From contig NW_024704743.1 of the NCBI RefSeq assembly GCF_018977255.1, positions 52,082,001 to 52,146,000 on the forward strand: 64,000 bases of DNA, read 5' to 3'. The position numbers and the translations under genes are program-made. The notes under the pieces are model-generated. The model saw only the letters and a program-made list of their open reading frames with translations, ran no database searches and was not told where the DNA came from. Of the stretch, positions 63,432-64,000 are shown one piece after another (within the stretch, counting starts at the first letter, position 1; each line of letters starts with the position of its first letter). The DNA is from Callorhinchus milii. Lineage: Eukaryota.

Positions 63432-63499
63432 TAAAAGCTGTTTCCTGCTCAGGGAAATCTTGTTGTTGTTGTTGTTGTCTTAAGATATCTACCAAAAGA

Positions 63500-63897
63500 A
63501 GCAACAAAAACAAGATTTCATTTATAGAGCGCCTTTCACGTCGGGAGGACGTCCCAAGGCACTGGACAATTGGGTCGGGACCCGAGCAGGGGGGAAATGG
63601 TCAGGGTGAGGGGAGGGAAGGGAGGGAGCGAGGAGGGGGTAGAGAATCGAGAGGGGAGCTGAAGGCGTGGTCGAAGAAAAACGTCTTGAGACGGGCCTTG
63701 AAGGAGGAAAGGGAGGAAGCGGTGAAGGCACTGGGGGAGTTCCAGAGCCTGGGGGCTGAGAGGCTGAAGGTCCAGCCACCGATGGTAGAGCGGTTGGGGT
63801 GGGGGATGTGGAGCAGACCGGAGAAAGAGGAACGGAGGGTATGGACAGATAAGTAGGGGGATAGTAGGTCAGAGAGGTAGGAGGGAGCAAGGCCGTG
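63500..63897 (-). mobile_element. young L2 LINE 3' fragment nested in CR1
   Basis: Antisense of HGLAPSYLSDLL...WNSP...FKARLKTFFFDHAF and an intact stem-loop tail. Confidence 0.92.
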
Positions 63898-64000
63898 AAT
63901 GGAGATTTTTTCACTCAGCGAGTTGTTCGAATTTGGAATGATCTGCCTGAAAAGGTAGTGAAATCCGATTTGATAACAGGTTTTAAGAGAGAACTGGACA
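63898..64000 (+). mobile_element. continuation of the CR1 3' end
   Basis: FFTQRVVRIWNDLPEKVV..FKRELD. Confidence 0.9.

Noticed and set aside
1..64000. Prokaryotic-type systems (CRISPR arrays, operons, defence islands)
   Set aside because: No regularly spaced repeat-spacer array, no dense long ORFs, and the sequence is dominated by vertebrate retroelements.

Overview
This is eukaryotic, AT-rich, non-coding DNA from a vertebrate, either intergenic or deep inside a large intron. The repeat complement points to a cartilaginous fish, probably a holocephalan/chimaera (inference): a young tRNA-headed SINE with an L2-type tail, older Deu-domain SINEs of the SacSINE1/AmnSINE1 type, many L2 and CR1 LINE 3' fragments, and Tigger/pogo-like and palindromic MITEs. 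I can recognise no host protein-coding exon, rRNA, true tRNA gene or CRISPR array. Nearly all listed ORFs are chance frames or decayed LINE ORF2 pieces. Four things stand out. (1) A GC-rich, poly(A)-tailed non-LTR retrotransposon fragment (21834-23092, minus) with an RT C-terminal region and a CCHC knuckle; it is neither CR1 nor L2 and recalls LINE proteins I associate with fungi/microsporidia. (2) A convergent pair of CTCF motifs brackets it. (3) Short local copy events recur: exact 23-37 bp doublets 0.86-1.01 kb apart and ~150-175 bp inverted copies of otherwise unique DNA. (4) Two fold-back structures: a perfect 23-bp hairpin and a 28-bp inverted repeat whose five mismatches would all be G-U pairs on the minus strand. 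Boundaries and identities were read by eye and are approximate for old repeats.
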